IMG/VR virus record: IMGVR_UViG_3300035656_000018
Strand: one strand, 5' to 3'
Source: an uncultured virus (IMG/VR IMGVR_UViG_3300035656_000018)
Taxonomy: Duplodnaviria > Heunggongvirae > Uroviricota > Caudoviricetes
Length of the DNA stretch: 64,000 nt
Shown here: positions 55,956-64,000 of the stretch, piece after piece
Layout: each line of letters begins with the position of its first letter
Numbering within the stretch: position 1 is the stretch's first letter
Notes under the pieces: generated by a model
What the model saw: the letters and a program-made list of their open reading frames with translations, nothing else
Told to the model about the DNA's origin: nothing
Databases searched by the model: none
Position numbers and translations under genes: made by a program

Positions 55956-58241
55956 ATGGAAACGAAATATAAGATTATAACCAATAAGCAAGAGCTAAAG
56001 AAACTTATCCAATGCTGTAAGCAAACTGGTTATGCTTCTGTAGACTTTGAAACAAATGCCGAGCCAATATATAACAAATCTTTTAAACCAACTATATTAT
56101 CAGTAACTTTTCAACCAGGTTTTGGATGTTCTATACCTTTAGATCATTTCGAAACTGAAAAGTATACTTCTAGTGATTGGGATTGGAAAAAGATGCTTCG
56201 TAAATTTGGTGAAGAGGTAATTGAAAATCCAAATGTAGTTAAAGTTGCTTGGAACTACAAATTCGATGACCAGATCTTTCAGAAGTATAATATCTATTAT
56301 CGAGGAGTATGTTTGGATGGTATGCTTGCTAAATATCTCTTGAATGAAGAAAAACCCAATGACTTGAAGTCTATGGTAAGAAGGTATTTACCAGAATACG
56401 GAGATTATGAAAAGCAAGATAAATTCGATAAGATTCCATGGGATAAAAAAGAAATGGAACCTCTTTGCCACTATGGATGTCAAGATACTGATTATACTCT
56501 TAGATTAATGCTTTTCTTCGAAAAGAAGCTAATTGACTTGGGATTATATAATACTTACCGTAATTTAATCATGACTGCTTCTAGGGTATTAACTTCTGTA
56601 GAAAAGAATGGTTTATATGTAGATAGGGCATTCAACCAAGAATTGTTAGATTCCTACTTACCAAAGATAGAAGCAGCTAAGGAAGCAATATATAATTTGC
56701 CTAAAGTAAAGAAGTTTACTAAACTATATAATCAATCCAAGATTGAAAAATACATTGCTAAATTAGAGGAAGAGATAGAAAATTTAGACCCTAGAGTAGA
56801 TAAGAGAAAGATACAATCTAGGGAACAAAAGATTGCTAATATACGAGCAGGAGTTTTTACTACGAAAAAGGAATTAGAGTTAATTAGACCTGTAAGTTTA
56901 GGTAGTTCAGTAGATTTACCTCAATTAATGTATTCAGAGGAAGGATTTAATTTTGAGGTAATCAAAAAGAATGATTCTGGTAAACCAAGTACTGATGAAG
57001 AAACTCTTACTAACTTAAGATTAACTGTCAAAAAACCTGATTCACCAAAGGCAGTATTCTTGGATAGTTTATTAGAGTTGAGAGGTTTAGAGAAAATGTA
57101 TAAAACCTATATTGAAGGTTGGCATGAGAAAACCCAAGATGATGATAGATTACATGGAAGATTCCTTATTCATGGAACTACTTCAGGAAGGTTATCTTCA
57201 GCAGAACCAAATGCTCAACAAATACCTAAGACTTCAGTAGACCCAAATATAAAGAAGCAATTAGTTGCTCCAAAAGGAACTCTATATATTGCTAGTGACT
57301 TTAGTCAAGCAGAGTTAAGAATCATGGCTCACTTATCTGGAGATGAAACTTATCTGAATGCTTTTAACTCTGGTCAGGACCCTCACTTGGCAATTGCTGC
57401 TACCAAATATCATGTTCCTTATGAAGAAGCTTTAAAAATATATGAGGATGAAAATCACCCAGATCATAAGATATGGAAGGTAAGGAGAAAGCAAGCTAAA
57501 CAGATTGCATTTGGACTTATTTATGGTATTGGTGCTAAATTACTAGCAGTAAAATTATCTGACCCCAAATCGGGTATCATAGTTACACCAGAAGAAGCCC
57601 AAAAGGAAATGGATATATTCTTTGGTCAACATCCCAAGTTAAAAACCTTCTTAAAGAAACAAGAGAAGTTCCTTAGAAAGAATGGGTACTTAGTTTCTTT
57701 ATTTGGTAGAAAACGAAGATTACCCCAAATCTATTCTTCAGATAGAGGAGAAGAAGCTTATGCTTTACGATTAGCCTTGAATTTCCCTTGTCAATCTGCA
57801 GCATCAGATATGTGTTTATTTGGAAGTATATTAATATACTACCTTATGAGACAAGGAAAATTACCTCCTACAAAATCAGTATGCTTGGTTCATGATGCTA
57901 ATTATCAAATCACTAAACCAGAAAACATAAACACATGGAGTATTTATGAGATGTGGCAAATTTATCGAAACCCATTAACTAAACCCTATTTTGGTTTTCA
58001 GATAGACGATGTCACTATGGACATGGATTTTGTCATAGGTAGATCGATGGCAGAAGAATTACCCTTTATCCCAGGTTATGATTATAGGAAAATGCTTGAA
58101 CCCGATTTTTCAGTAGAAGAATACATGGAAGAGCATAAGAAATATAAACATATACCTATTTCAGAGTATAAGAAACGTTTTAACAAACAAATGAAACAAT
58201 ATGAAGAAGATTTTAAACGGACCCACGGTATGGAGAGCTAA
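55956..58241 (+). CDS. polA: DNA polymerase family A with 3'-5' exonuclease
   Basis: DFET, NYKFD, YGCQD; TSGRLSS..PNAQQIP, DFSQAELR, KQIAFGLIYG, VHD. Confidence 0.95.
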   Translation: METKYKIITNKQELKKLIQCCKQTGYASVDFETNAEPIYNKSFKPTILSVTFQPGFGCSIPLDHFETEKYTSSDWDWKKMLRKFGEEVIENPNVVKVAWNYKFDDQIFQKYNIYYRGVCLDGMLAKYLLNEEKPNDLKSMVRRYLPEYGDYEKQDKFDKIPWDKKEMEPLCHYGCQDTDYTLRLMLFFEKKLIDLGLYNTYRNLIMTASRVLTSVEKNGLYVDRAFNQELLDSYLPKIEAAKEAIYNLPKVKKFTKLYNQSKIEKYIAKLEEEIENLDPRVDKRKIQSREQKIANIRAGVFTTKKELELIRPVSLGSSVDLPQLMYSEEGFNFEVIKKNDSGKPSTDEETLTNLRLTVKKPDSPKAVFLDSLLELRGLEKMYKTYIEGWHEKTQDDDRLHGRFLIHGTTSGRLSSAEPNAQQIPKTSVDPNIKKQLVAPKGTLYIASDFSQAELRIMAHLSGDETYLNAFNSGQDPHLAIAATKYHVPYEEALKIYEDENHPDHKIWKVRRKQAKQIAFGLIYGIGAKLLAVKLSDPKSGIIVTPEEAQKEMDIFFGQHPKLKTFLKKQEKFLRKNGYLVSLFGRKRRLPQIYSSDRGEEAYALRLALNFPCQSAASDMCLFGSILIYYLMRQGKLPPTKSVCLVHDANYQITKPENINTWSIYEMWQIYRNPLTKPYFGFQIDDVTMDMDFVIGRSMAEELPFIPGYDYRKMLEPDFSVEEYMEEHKKYKHIPISEYKKRFNKQMKQYEEDFKRTHGMES

Positions 58242-58422
58242 ATGCCCAGTATGTGATTGTGAATTTGAATATGATGTAAGTGAAACTATAAAGGTTTATG
58301 ATAAAACTACTCTGGATGTTTTTAGGATAATATCATGCCCAGGTTGTAAAACCAATATAAAGCATTCAGATTCAGTATCTACCACTACAGAAATGAGAAG
58401 AGAGGATACTATGACAACATAA
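58201..58422 (+). CDS. Zn-ribbon protein
   Basis: CPVC...CPGC. Confidence 0.7.
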   Translation: MKKILNGPTVWRAKCPVCDCEFEYDVSETIKVYDKTTLDVFRIISCPGCKTNIKHSDSVSTTTEMRREDTMTT

Positions 58423-58441
58423 CTAATTAAAATTTTAGATT

Positions 58442-58948
58442 ATGGAAAATGACACATTAAAGAAAGAGGCTGACAAGGTAATCAATGTAACTTACATGTT
58501 ATCTGGAGTATTAGAACAATCATTCCAAGAAATGGATGAAATTTTGGATAGATTACACAAAAGACTTCACCATGAAGACCGAAGGTTAATCAACTCTATC
58601 CGAAAACATATAAAATTTCTCAATTCAAACATAGAATCACTCAGAACTCATTCACTTTCTAAGATGGATGAAGAAACAGTAGAATGCTTTGATGATACTA
58701 CTCTTAGATTTTATGTAATCTTCATGAAATTACTTGAAGTTGCTGGTATAGATTACCTTTGCGATTTACGATTATACTCTCTGTATAATCTGTTAGACAA
58801 ATATCAATCCCTTACTAGTTATCCCAAATTAGATTCTAGGGCTAATATTGCTTTCTTACAAGTAAAGAGAGATATTGAGAATGGCATGTATTCTGCTGAA
58901 GATATGAAAAAAGTTTTTAAGTTGAAAGATGAAAACCGAGATAAATAA
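58442..58948 (+). CDS. Hypothetical helical protein
   Basis: 168-aa ORF. Confidence 0.7.
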   Translation: MENDTLKKEADKVINVTYMLSGVLEQSFQEMDEILDRLHKRLHHEDRRLINSIRKHIKFLNSNIESLRTHSLSKMDEETVECFDDTTLRFYVIFMKLLEVAGIDYLCDLRLYSLYNLLDKYQSLTSYPKLDSRANIAFLQVKRDIENGMYSAEDMKKVFKLKDENRDK

Positions 58949-59348
58949 ACTTAAGGTAGTATTTGAGGGTAGAACCTTAGAAATAGATATTCAAAAGGAA
59001 TTATCTATCAATGAGAACTTATTAAATTCTCAGCTAAAGGATTCTCCCTCTAGTTATTATATACTTGCTTCATTAAGAGATAAGTATATAAAACAAAGAG
59101 ATGCTTTAGCAAGAGAAAAAGAGGAAGCATATTCTGCTGCATGGGTATTTATAAAAGATTCCAATGAGAGGTTCAATAATGATTACGTATCTCATAAAGC
59201 TAATATAAACCCCAAATATAAATCTATTTGCAAAAGGTATCTAAAGGCTGCAGCTAAAGCTAATAAATTTATAGCTATCTGTAAAGCTTATGAGAGTAGA
59301 GAAGGCATCTTAAGAACTCTTAATGCCAATATCCGTAAGTTACAGTAG
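58929..59348 (+). CDS. UvsY-like recombination mediator (putative)
   Basis: Helical 139 aa, KAYESR..LR.L ending, near RecA and SSB. Confidence 0.45.
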   Translation: MKTEINKLKVVFEGRTLEIDIQKELSINENLLNSQLKDSPSSYYILASLRDKYIKQRDALAREKEEAYSAAWVFIKDSNERFNNDYVSHKANINPKYKSICKRYLKAAAKANKFIAICKAYESREGILRTLNANIRKLQ

Positions 59349-59383
59349 GAACTATAAAAGATTACTAACTAAATTTTATAAAT

Positions 59384-59773
59384 ATGTATAATTTACAACT
59401 TATATCAACTCTAGTAGCTAAGAAGCTTGGTAATAGTATTCCAGGTTTACCCGTAGAAAATAAAATCTTGGTATATTCTCCCAAAGAGATTAATACCACT
59501 GCTTCTGGTATTATTATCCCAGATATGGTAAAGGAAGGAGTTCCTCGTAAGGGTGTTGTTATTAAATCTGGTGTAATCACAGAAGAATATCAAACTTACA
59601 AGGACCACGTGGAAATCGGTCGTATAATCGAATATGGATTGTATGCTGGTAAAGAACATCAATTCGATAAAAACTGTTTACCTCAGGAATTACAACCCTT
59701 TTATGAAAAGGGTCTGTTCACCGTATTAGCTTTAAATGAGATTTCATACTCAGAACCCAATAACTTAGATTGA
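59384..59773 (+). CDS. groES: GroES-like co-chaperonin
   Basis: PVENKILV, TTASGIIIPD..KE, GVVIKSG, YAGKE. Confidence 0.75.
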   Translation: MYNLQLISTLVAKKLGNSIPGLPVENKILVYSPKEINTTASGIIIPDMVKEGVPRKGVVIKSGVITEEYQTYKDHVEIGRIIEYGLYAGKEHQFDKNCLPQELQPFYEKGLFTVLALNEISYSEPNNLD

Positions 59774-59774
59774 T

Positions 59775-60587
59775 ATGATTAAAGATAAGGACAAAAAGAA
59801 AAAGAAATTATCTTCTAGTGGCATGACTACTAAAGATAAGATGTTAGCCCGGAAAAAACAATTAGAATCCAAGGGTAATGGTAGTGGATTGGTATTCCCT
59901 AAAGAGGGAACCTTAAGAATGAGAATCAAATCCCCAGGAGATGACCAGGAATTGGGTATTGAATTGATCCAATTCTATCTTAATAAGGATTTGGGAGGAG
60001 TTATTTCCCCGGCTACTTTTGATGAACCCTGCCCATTTATGGAAAAGTATCAGGAACTGAAAAACTCAAAAGACCCAGATGATCAGGAACTTGCAAAGAT
60101 GCTGGTACCAAGAAGAAAATACGTAGTGGGTGGAATAGTATATTCAGATGAGAAAGGTACTAAGGTAGATTATGAGGGAAAAGATAAGGGAGTATTAATC
60201 CCAAGATCAGTATACCAGGATATTATCGACCTTTACTTGGATGAAGACGAAGCTGGAGATATGACAGACCCAAGAACTGGATACGATATAAAAATTATCC
60301 GTTCTGGTTCAGGTAAGAATGATACTACATATTCTGCTCGTGCATGTAAACCTACTAAACTTGACAAGAAGTATTCAGGTAACGTAGATTTGGAATCCAT
60401 AGTAAGATCTCAGATTAAAGATTACGATGAACTGGAAGAAATTTTGGCATCATTCTTAAAAGAAGGAAGAGATTCTGATGAAGAGGATGAAAAACCAAAG
60501 AAGAAAAAGAAAGGCATTCATAAGGATCACTACATGGATGATGATGAACCTAAGAAGAAAAAGAGAAAGTATAAGTCAGATATTTGA
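59775..60587 (+). CDS. Single-stranded DNA-binding protein (T4 gp32-like)
   Basis: CP, D.TDP.TGYDIKI.R.G.G..DT.Y motif. Confidence 0.7.
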   Translation: MIKDKDKKKKKLSSSGMTTKDKMLARKKQLESKGNGSGLVFPKEGTLRMRIKSPGDDQELGIELIQFYLNKDLGGVISPATFDEPCPFMEKYQELKNSKDPDDQELAKMLVPRRKYVVGGIVYSDEKGTKVDYEGKDKGVLIPRSVYQDIIDLYLDEDEAGDMTDPRTGYDIKIIRSGSGKNDTTYSARACKPTKLDKKYSGNVDLESIVRSQIKDYDELEEILASFLKEGRDSDEEDEKPKKKKKGIHKDHYMDDDEPKKKKRKYKSDI

Positions 60588-60669
60588 TAAATTGGTTTTA
60601 TAAATGGTTGGTAGAGGAGGTAATTCAAGAAATTGGTTATCTCCTTTATTTATGTTAATACATTACAGT

Positions 60670-61818
60670 ATGGCAAAAGGAAAAGTGGGTTTAAAAGTTC
60701 CCTCTAAAAACGAATTACTAAAGAAATATGGGTCATCAATAGTACTTGCTTCTGAAACAAAAGAAACAGGTCTATGGTTACCAAGTACTTTCTTTGCATT
60801 GAATTATACCTTTGGTGGAGGAATCCCATTTGGTAAAATCCTAGAAGTAGCAGGAGAAGAATCCTCTGGTAAATCACTTATAGCTTACAACTTTGCTTAT
60901 TCATGTCAACAACTGGGAGGGCATGTAATATGGGTAGATGCTGAACAATCATGGATGAATTCCTGGGCTCAAACTAATGGAGTTGATCCAGAAAGAGTTA
61001 CAGTAGTTAATGATACTCGTATTGAGAATGTTGCGGATGCAGTAGCAGACTTAGCATTATATTTCAGATCTCAGTTAATACACAATGAGCCCATACTTCT
61101 GGTAATAGATTCAGTTGCTGCTATGGATTGTGCAGATAACATAGATTCAAAAATGACGGATGCTAAAGCAGAGATGGGAGGTAGAGCAAAGGCTTTGTAT
61201 AAATACTTCCGTATCAGAAGCGAATTATTTTATCGACTGGGAGTTACACAGATTTATATTAATCAATTAAGAACTGCATTGAATGTTGGATTCGGAAAAG
61301 ATAATACAACAACTACAGGAGGCGCAGCACTTAAGTTCTACGCTTCAATCAGAGCTGCTTTCTATTCAGGAAGATCCATCACTGTTAAGCAAAAGGGTAA
61401 AGAACGCAAAGCTGGGAAACTCGTCACGGTTCGACTTATTAAAAATAAAGTTGCTCCTCCAAGACCTACAATCAGCAAATGCCCAGTATACTTCAACCCT
61501 AAGTTCCATGAGGTTGGATTTGATAGATGCTTTGGATTAGAAGATGTATTGGTAGAAAACGATATAATCGTTAAATCCTCAGGTGGAGTATATAAACTCA
61601 AGGATAAAACCCTTGCAAGAGGGGAAGAGAAATTCCAAAAGCTTTTGGAAGAAGACGATGACTTAAGAAGAAAGCTTTTAAGGAAAGCAGATATAAATAC
61701 CATTGGTACTACTCGTAAGAAACTAGAAGCTCTTACAGAAAACTGTTATCCCATAGATGGAGTAGAATACGAATCCTATAATGAATCAGAAGACGAAGAG
61801 GAGGAAGACGATGAGTAA
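60670..61818 (+). CDS. recA: RecA/UvsX recombinase
   Basis: GGIPFG, GEESSGKS, DAE, VIDSVAA, INQLR, GG.ALKFYAS, KNKVAPP; start ATG 60670. Confidence 0.93.
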   Translation: MAKGKVGLKVPSKNELLKKYGSSIVLASETKETGLWLPSTFFALNYTFGGGIPFGKILEVAGEESSGKSLIAYNFAYSCQQLGGHVIWVDAEQSWMNSWAQTNGVDPERVTVVNDTRIENVADAVADLALYFRSQLIHNEPILLVIDSVAAMDCADNIDSKMTDAKAEMGGRAKALYKYFRIRSELFYRLGVTQIYINQLRTALNVGFGKDNTTTTGGAALKFYASIRAAFYSGRSITVKQKGKERKAGKLVTVRLIKNKVAPPRPTISKCPVYFNPKFHEVGFDRCFGLEDVLVENDIIVKSSGGVYKLKDKTLARGEEKFQKLLEEDDDLRRKLLRKADINTIGTTRKKLEALTENCYPIDGVEYESYNESEDEEEEDDE

Positions 61819-62689
61819 GAAAACAATATTACTAATAGATGGAGAGAATATACTTCATCAAAGTTTCCACAAATTCGAAAAGCTTAAGTCTACCGATGGA
61901 AAACCAAGTGGAGCAATATTCGGATTTTTTAGATCATTACATGGGTTCTTACATAGGTGGGACCCAGATGAGGTTATTATAACTTTTGATAATGGACACT
62001 CTCCTTATAGAGATGCTTTGTTACCAGATTATAAGGGACATAGGAAAAATATTTCAGTAGATTATGAATCTCTTCAATCTCAAAAACGTATTATTATGGG
62101 TATGCTTAAGCTCCTAAGAATTAAATATGTTTTTGATAAGCATAATTCTACTAAATATGAAGGAGATGATTTCTTAGCATACCTAGTTTTAAATAAAAAA
62201 CCCACTGAGAAGGTAATCATAATATCATCCGATAAGGACTTTAATCAACTTATCGGTAAAGACGTAAAGATAAACAATCCAAGAAAAGATGAGATGATTC
62301 ATCAGGGTAATTGTAAGGAACTATTCGGATATTCTCCTGAAGAAACAGTAGATTACCTTTCAATGGTGGGGGATACTTCGGATGATATTAAAGGTATACC
62401 AGGTATTGGTCCTGTAAAAGCTAGGAAAATATTGGACGAATATGGTACTTTGGATAAATTTCTAGAGCATCATCATCAAACTTCTCATGTAGAGATTGCA
62501 GAAAGGAATAAGAAGCTTATAGATTTAAGATTATTTCAAAAAGAAGTACCATTATCCAAGTTACCTATGAAAAAGTTTGCTAATAAGGAGATAAAATACA
62601 AGAAATTCAAAGAAGTCTGTATCGAATACTCTTTAGCATCCTTTATGACAAATGAATTTATGAAACCATTTAAAGATTTGTTATCATGA
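61811..62689 (+). CDS. 5'-3' exonuclease / flap endonuclease (PolI N-terminal-like)
   Basis: LIDG, YKGHR, EGDD, SSDKDF.Q, GD.SDDIKGIPGIG. Confidence 0.92.
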   Translation: MSKKTILLIDGENILHQSFHKFEKLKSTDGKPSGAIFGFFRSLHGFLHRWDPDEVIITFDNGHSPYRDALLPDYKGHRKNISVDYESLQSQKRIIMGMLKLLRIKYVFDKHNSTKYEGDDFLAYLVLNKKPTEKVIIISSDKDFNQLIGKDVKINNPRKDEMIHQGNCKELFGYSPEETVDYLSMVGDTSDDIKGIPGIGPVKARKILDEYGTLDKFLEHHHQTSHVEIAERNKKLIDLRLFQKEVPLSKLPMKKFANKEIKYKKFKEVCIEYSLASFMTNEFMKPFKDLLS

Positions 62690-63264
62690 AAAGAATTATG
62701 TTTGTAGGGCCAAGTGGAATAGGAAAAACCACTTTGGCAAAGTTCATAGAAACCAAATATGGTATACCCTTTATATCTGGTAGTATGTCAGATTTAATGC
62801 CAGATACAAAAGAGATGCACCATGCTGAGTTTTTACACCAAGAATGTGGAGAACTCATAAACAAGGATTATCAATTGTTGAATCTGAGAAATAAGCTTTT
62901 CAAGGATAAAGAAACTTTTGTAACAGACCGTAGTTATGTAGATTTAGCAGCTTATTTCATATATAAACAATCTACTCATATCCCAGAATGTGAAGTAGAT
63001 GCTTTCTTAGATATATGCAAAGATCTTACAGTTCAACAATGTGATTTATTAATATACCTTCCCTTGAGTATGTACAATATGAAAGAATGGCCAATGGAAG
63101 ACAATAAGAAGAGAATCATAAATAGATATTATCAGGCTCAGATGTCAGATATAATGGGTAACCTGTTAACTCAGTGGAGTACTTTAAGTGTAATAGATAT
63201 ATTAGTAGTACCCCAATTAGATTTCTACGACAGAATACACATGATAATGTCAAGATTAGATTAA
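62686..63264 (+). CDS. P-loop nucleotide kinase (dNMP-kinase-like)
   Basis: GPSGIGKTT, TDRSYVD. Confidence 0.7.
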   Translation: MKRIMFVGPSGIGKTTLAKFIETKYGIPFISGSMSDLMPDTKEMHHAEFLHQECGELINKDYQLLNLRNKLFKDKETFVTDRSYVDLAAYFIYKQSTHIPECEVDAFLDICKDLTVQQCDLLIYLPLSMYNMKEWPMEDNKKRIINRYYQAQMSDIMGNLLTQWSTLSVIDILVVPQLDFYDRIHMIMSRLD

Positions 63265-63265
63265 T

Positions 63266-64000
63266 ATGAAGAAACAAGTAATAGCAATAGTCTTCTCGGA
63301 TTTGCACCTGAATTTATGGGCGAAGTTCAATGAAGACAATAAAAGAACCCTGAATCATTTCGGGGTTTTGTCGATTATACAAGAGCAATGTAAAAAGTAT
63401 AATTGTCCGGCATTATTCTGTGGGGATTTCTTTCATAAGCCAGAAACCATGGACCAAAGTTTAGCAAAGATATGTTATAATGAATTTAATAAACTGGATA
63501 GACTAAATATACTGGCTATAACAGGAAATCATTGCACAAAAGAATTAAGTCAGATTAATAAACATCCTTTTAGTTGGCTTTATTTAGTGGAGAGGTATGG
63601 TATAGAAATTATGGATTATCACCATAGACCCATATCTGCCTATCATAAAAATATTATTGTTCATGGAGTTCCTTATGTAGATCATAATATAGGTTTATCG
63701 GATTACTTAAAGAATCTAAAATTAGAAAAAGGTAAGAAACATATCCTTATGCTTCATACTGATTATCCTGGAGCAAAAGATACTGATGGTAGGGAGATTG
63801 ATTCAGTAGAAAATCTAAATCTGAATGTACTGAATAGGTTTGATTTAATCCTTTGCGGTCATATACACAAACCACAAAGATTATCAAAGAAGGTTTATAT
63901 GATTGGTGCTCCTTTACAACAAAGAAGAACCGATAAAGATTGTAAACTGGGATATTGGAAACTTTATTCGGATTTATCTATGGAATTTATAGAACTGAAA
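63266..64000 (+). CDS. SbcD/Mre11-like metallophosphoesterase nuclease (truncated by window end)
   Basis: SDLH, GDFFH, GNH, LHT, GHIH motifs read from the sequence. Confidence 0.8.
   Translation, partial: MKKQVIAIVFSDLHLNLWAKFNEDNKRTLNHFGVLSIIQEQCKKYNCPALFCGDFFHKPETMDQSLAKICYNEFNKLDRLNILAITGNHCTKELSQINKHPFSWLYLVERYGIEIMDYHHRPISAYHKNIIVHGVPYVDHNIGLSDYLKNLKLEKGKKHILMLHTDYPGAKDTDGREIDSVENLNLNVLNRFDLILCGHIHKPQRLSKKVYMIGAPLQQRRTDKDCKLGYWKLYSDLSMEFIELK

Noticed and set aside
1..64000. Stop-codon reassignment as seen in some crAss-like phages
   Set aside because: Standard code gives dense full-length genes, and TAA, TAG and TGA all terminate genes
1..64000. Prophage/lysogeny module, tRNA or rRNA genes
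   Set aside because: No integrase, repressor, host genes or cloverleaf-like sequences were recognised in this window

Overview
This window is about 64 kb of a lytic, contractile-tailed (myovirus-type) dsDNA phage genome whose host is almost certainly a Bacteroidota bacterium. Evidence for the host: TTTG-N19-TAnnTTTG promoters, AT-rich translation starts that mostly lack Shine-Dalgarno motifs, and BACON/PKD-like virion domains. The organisation resembles gut 'Gubaphage/Flandersviridae'-type phages (inference, not searched). Layout: (1) 1-1.44 kb, a compositionally distinct early island with a duplicated host-type promoter; (2) 1.7-3.7 kb, small minus-strand ORFs; (3) 3.8-43.6 kb, a late plus-strand block with endolysin, an atypical C5-cytosine methyltransferase fold, terminase, portal, protease/scaffold, capsid, neck, a giant fibre, sheath, tube, a -1 frameshifted chaperone, tape measure, baseplate and holins; (4) a lone minus-strand sigma-factor-like gene; (5) 44.6-64 kb, replication, recombination and nucleotide metabolism (DnaB-like, primase, HNH, ferritin-like, SF2 helicase, dUTPases, dCTPase-like, two thymidylate-synthase-fold genes, PolA, GroES, SSB, RecA, 5'-3' exonuclease, kinase, SbcD-like). 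The strongest candidate for a new system is a cytosine-modification pathway. It comprises a thymidylate-synthase homolog carrying the dCMP-specific Asp, a divergent TS paralog, a T4 gp56-like pyrophosphatase, an active and a dead dUTPase, a kinase, and a late C5-MTase-fold enzyme whose motif X appears to carry the Asn-to-Lys change that turns C5-MTases into carboxymethyltransferases. No tRNA, rRNA, CRISPR array, integrase or reverse transcriptase was seen. All functional calls come from motif recognition by eye; no database searches were run.
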